Below the pieces are notes generated by a model. That model was not told the origin of the DNA. It was given only the letters and a program-made list of their open reading frames with translations, and did no database searches. 63,995 bases of DNA from Octopus bimaculoides. Its lineage: Eukaryota. The first letter of the stretch is position 1. Every line of letters starts with the position of its first letter. The DNA lies in the NCBI RefSeq assembly GCF_001194135.2, contig NC_068988.1, positions 20,732,471-20,796,465 of the forward strand. Reading direction: 5' to 3'. The position numbers and the translations under genes are program-made. Positions 61,323 through 63,995 of the stretch are shown piece after piece.

Positions 61323-63674
61323 CTGCAAAAGAGAGAAATAAGATCTTTCAGTCATGTAGCAAAACATTGAAGAAAAGTTTGGTTATATTTTAGACATTTC
61401 ACAACAAAGACTAACAATATCTGTAAGAGGAATATCTTTAGAGGGAACATAAACCAAAGAACAACAAAATGAGGAAGCTGCTTCATGGCTCTATAACTTG
61501 CACCCAAATCTCCTCCCAAATCACATCCTGGAGTCTTGAGAGGTAAAGAATACAGAAGATGATATTGGTCTAAGGCATGTTGAGAAAAGAAAAAAGGGAA
61601 AAGAAGACATGATCACATCTTGAATGCCCTTAATTATAGGCCTGATTATGTGGTATGACCTGATGCTAAACAACATCATGCCAATGATCTATGAACTTTT
61701 AGTTATTATCGCAAAAGTTTGGAATCGCATATAATAAAAAGGAATACATAAATTTCAATCAAATATATTCATGACAAATCCATTAGAATGGTGAACTCTA
61801 ATCCATCACTTGAGTGCAAGATGTGGTCAACAACACTATTTAAATGCAATTAAGTAAGTGCTTGAGGATATTACAGTCAATTGAGTCAAGTGTTTAACAA
61901 AGTTATAACAAATTAACCGTTAAGATTCTCAACTTAAAATGTTATTAGGAATTATAAGCATCAACATGAAGCTGGAAAGAGTGACAGACCTACTGAAGGG
62001 ACTTCAACTACATACCTGTCACCTGCCAGGTGACCACATAGAAAATTACTCAATGGGGTACATGTAACTCCTTCACAAATAGAGTCCTATGAAATGTCTT
62101 TCTGAAAGGAAGTTGTAATGTTCACACCTTTCCTAAAAGCATTAAGGGTTCTTTGTAAAAGAAAGCACTAAATGAGAGTGAAAAATCATATCACTGACCT
62201 GGTTTACAAAGAACATCACACCATGATCCCACCCCACCTATGAAATTGCTATTAATCATAAGTAATGAAGAAACTCCAAACATACTTCATGGTGGTGTTG
62301 GTGATAGCAGTGACTGAGGTAGTGGTTGTGATAGTTGCCATGGTAGTACAAGTGGAAACTTGACCACTTGACCTATCAAGGAGCAAGATAGATCAGCATG
62401 AGAAGTGGAGTCAAGCCATTCCTGTGCTTGTCTGATGGTCAGAACACTTCACTCCCCAGTAGAAATATGAAACATAACAAAAGTTGGTTCAAATCAAAGG
62501 AATAATTCAGAAATGATATTAAATCCTTTAAATTGTCTATAGAGTAGGACTATGAATGAAAAGAAAGGGTTATTGTTTTTTTTGTCTTTTTTATGTATAG
62601 AAAGGGTATAGGATAATATAGCAGGGACAGTGGGGATGTTTCATATTTCAATATATAGTTGCAGTTTATTTACTTGTATTTATGTTGACATTCCCCAAGG
62701 AACTAAGTCAACTCCAACCAATAAATCTACAGTATCATAAACAACTACCACAGTCAGTGACCTTCAATCAGTCACATTTCTAATGGTAGACCCCTTACAC
62801 ATGGAAACCAGGCATCAATTTGGCCTCCAACTTGATTGTACTAATCCATATTTTTAGCTGTTCGCCTCACCATTTATAGAAGTGGTTCTCAACTGGGGTC
62901 TGTATGGCCCTTCTCTTTCTCAGTTTATCTATATCTTAATCATTTTTTTTTCTCAAATCTCCTCCACTAACCCATCCATTTCTTATGTTACAAATTTTTT
63001 ATCTCTCAAGTGACTAACAACAATTATGAAACAATATCATTAACATGGTAACAAAACTACACTTACATATTTTCCTTTAAAAAAAGTCACTCAAAACAAT
63101 TCACAAGTTTTAGTGGTAGATACTCCTTCATTGTCCTTGTTCTAAATTCCTAACATTTTAGATTAATCTCATTTAGGTGAATTCATTACATAGCATAAAA
63201 ATCATAGATATATTATACACCTTATCTCTGTAAAAGTTGACACAAGATCCAACACACAACAATAACCACTGTATCAAGTACTCTACCTTCATTCTAATGA
63301 ACCAGCAAGTAAAGCCACCTTGTGATCGCTTAACTTCCTAGAAGCAGTAGCAAAATATCTACTGAATCATACACAAGGATTTAAAAAATTGAAATCTATG
63401 TATTGCCAACCGACAACCTACGTTGGAAAAAATACAGCTTAGTCATGGCTGACCTAGGCTTACCAACAACAACAGTAACCTTCATCACAACCACAACTAT
63501 TTCCACAACCAATATTATCACCACTACCACCACCGCTATGACAACAAAAGAACACTTCCATCAGCAACATTACAATTACTTCTGCCTCATACATTTCTTG
63601 AGGACAAGAGAGATACACAAGAATCTTCAGCAAAAAAAAAAGGAAAAAAAAACAAGAATTATTCAAAGAAAGTT

Positions 63675-63995
63675 CAGGAGTGGCTGTGTGGTAAGTAGCT
63701 TGCTTACCAACCACATGGTTCTGGGTTCAGTCCCACTGCGTGGCACCTTAGGCAAGTATCTTCTACGATAGCCTCGGACTGACCAAAGCCTTGTGAGTGG
63801 ATTTGGTAGATGGAAACTGAAAGAAGCCTGTCGTATATATGTTTATGTGTATGTGTGTGTGTGTGTGTTTCTGCATCTGTGTTTGTCCCCCCCAACATCG
63901 CTTGACAACCGATGCTGGTGTGTTTACGTCCCCGTAACTTAGCGGTTCGGCAAAAGAGACCGATAGAATAAGTACTAGGCATCCAAAGAATAAGT
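63675..63995 (+). mobile_element. SINE family A copy running off the window end
   Basis: Head, core, microsatellite and start of tail match family A. Confidence 0.9.

Noticed and set aside
61323-63674. Search for an Abl first exon (MG...NIFTEH-like)
   Set aside because: No matching ORF with a phase-1 donor was found; it is presumably beyond the window.

Overview
AT-rich, microsatellite-dense animal genomic DNA with N gaps. The repeat families look like those of coleoid cephalopods (Octopus-like; inferred from recalled repeat sequences, not from a search). The only host coding sequence I can support is two minus-strand exons of an Abl non-receptor tyrosine kinase gene: 61155-61322 (N-cap plus SH3 start) and 40780-41078 (rest of SH3 plus most of SH2). 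Both have canonical AG/GT sites and the same boundaries as human ABL1 exons a2 and a3. Everything else appears intronic: a 20-kb intron, at least 40.8 kb of the next intron and 2.7 kb of the upstream intron. These are filled with at least four tRNA- or RTE-related SINE families, (TAA)n-targeted R4/Dong-like retrotransposon pieces, RTE/Tx1/CR1-like LINE relics and Tc1/mariner, piggyBac and hAT-type MITEs, often nested with readable target-site duplications. The most unusual items are a Penelope-type minimal hammerhead ribozyme sense to the Abl pre-mRNA (core mutated), a ~220-bp GC-rich 28S rRNA fragment, two head-to-head SINE palindromes (one 112 nt from a splice donor), a frame-symmetric exon 2 flanked by inverted SINEs (circRNA candidate), and two similarly ordered retroelement stacks built in (AAT)n repeats. 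No CRISPR or prokaryotic system is supported. Repeat coordinates were read by eye and are approximate unless a TSD or TIR is quoted.
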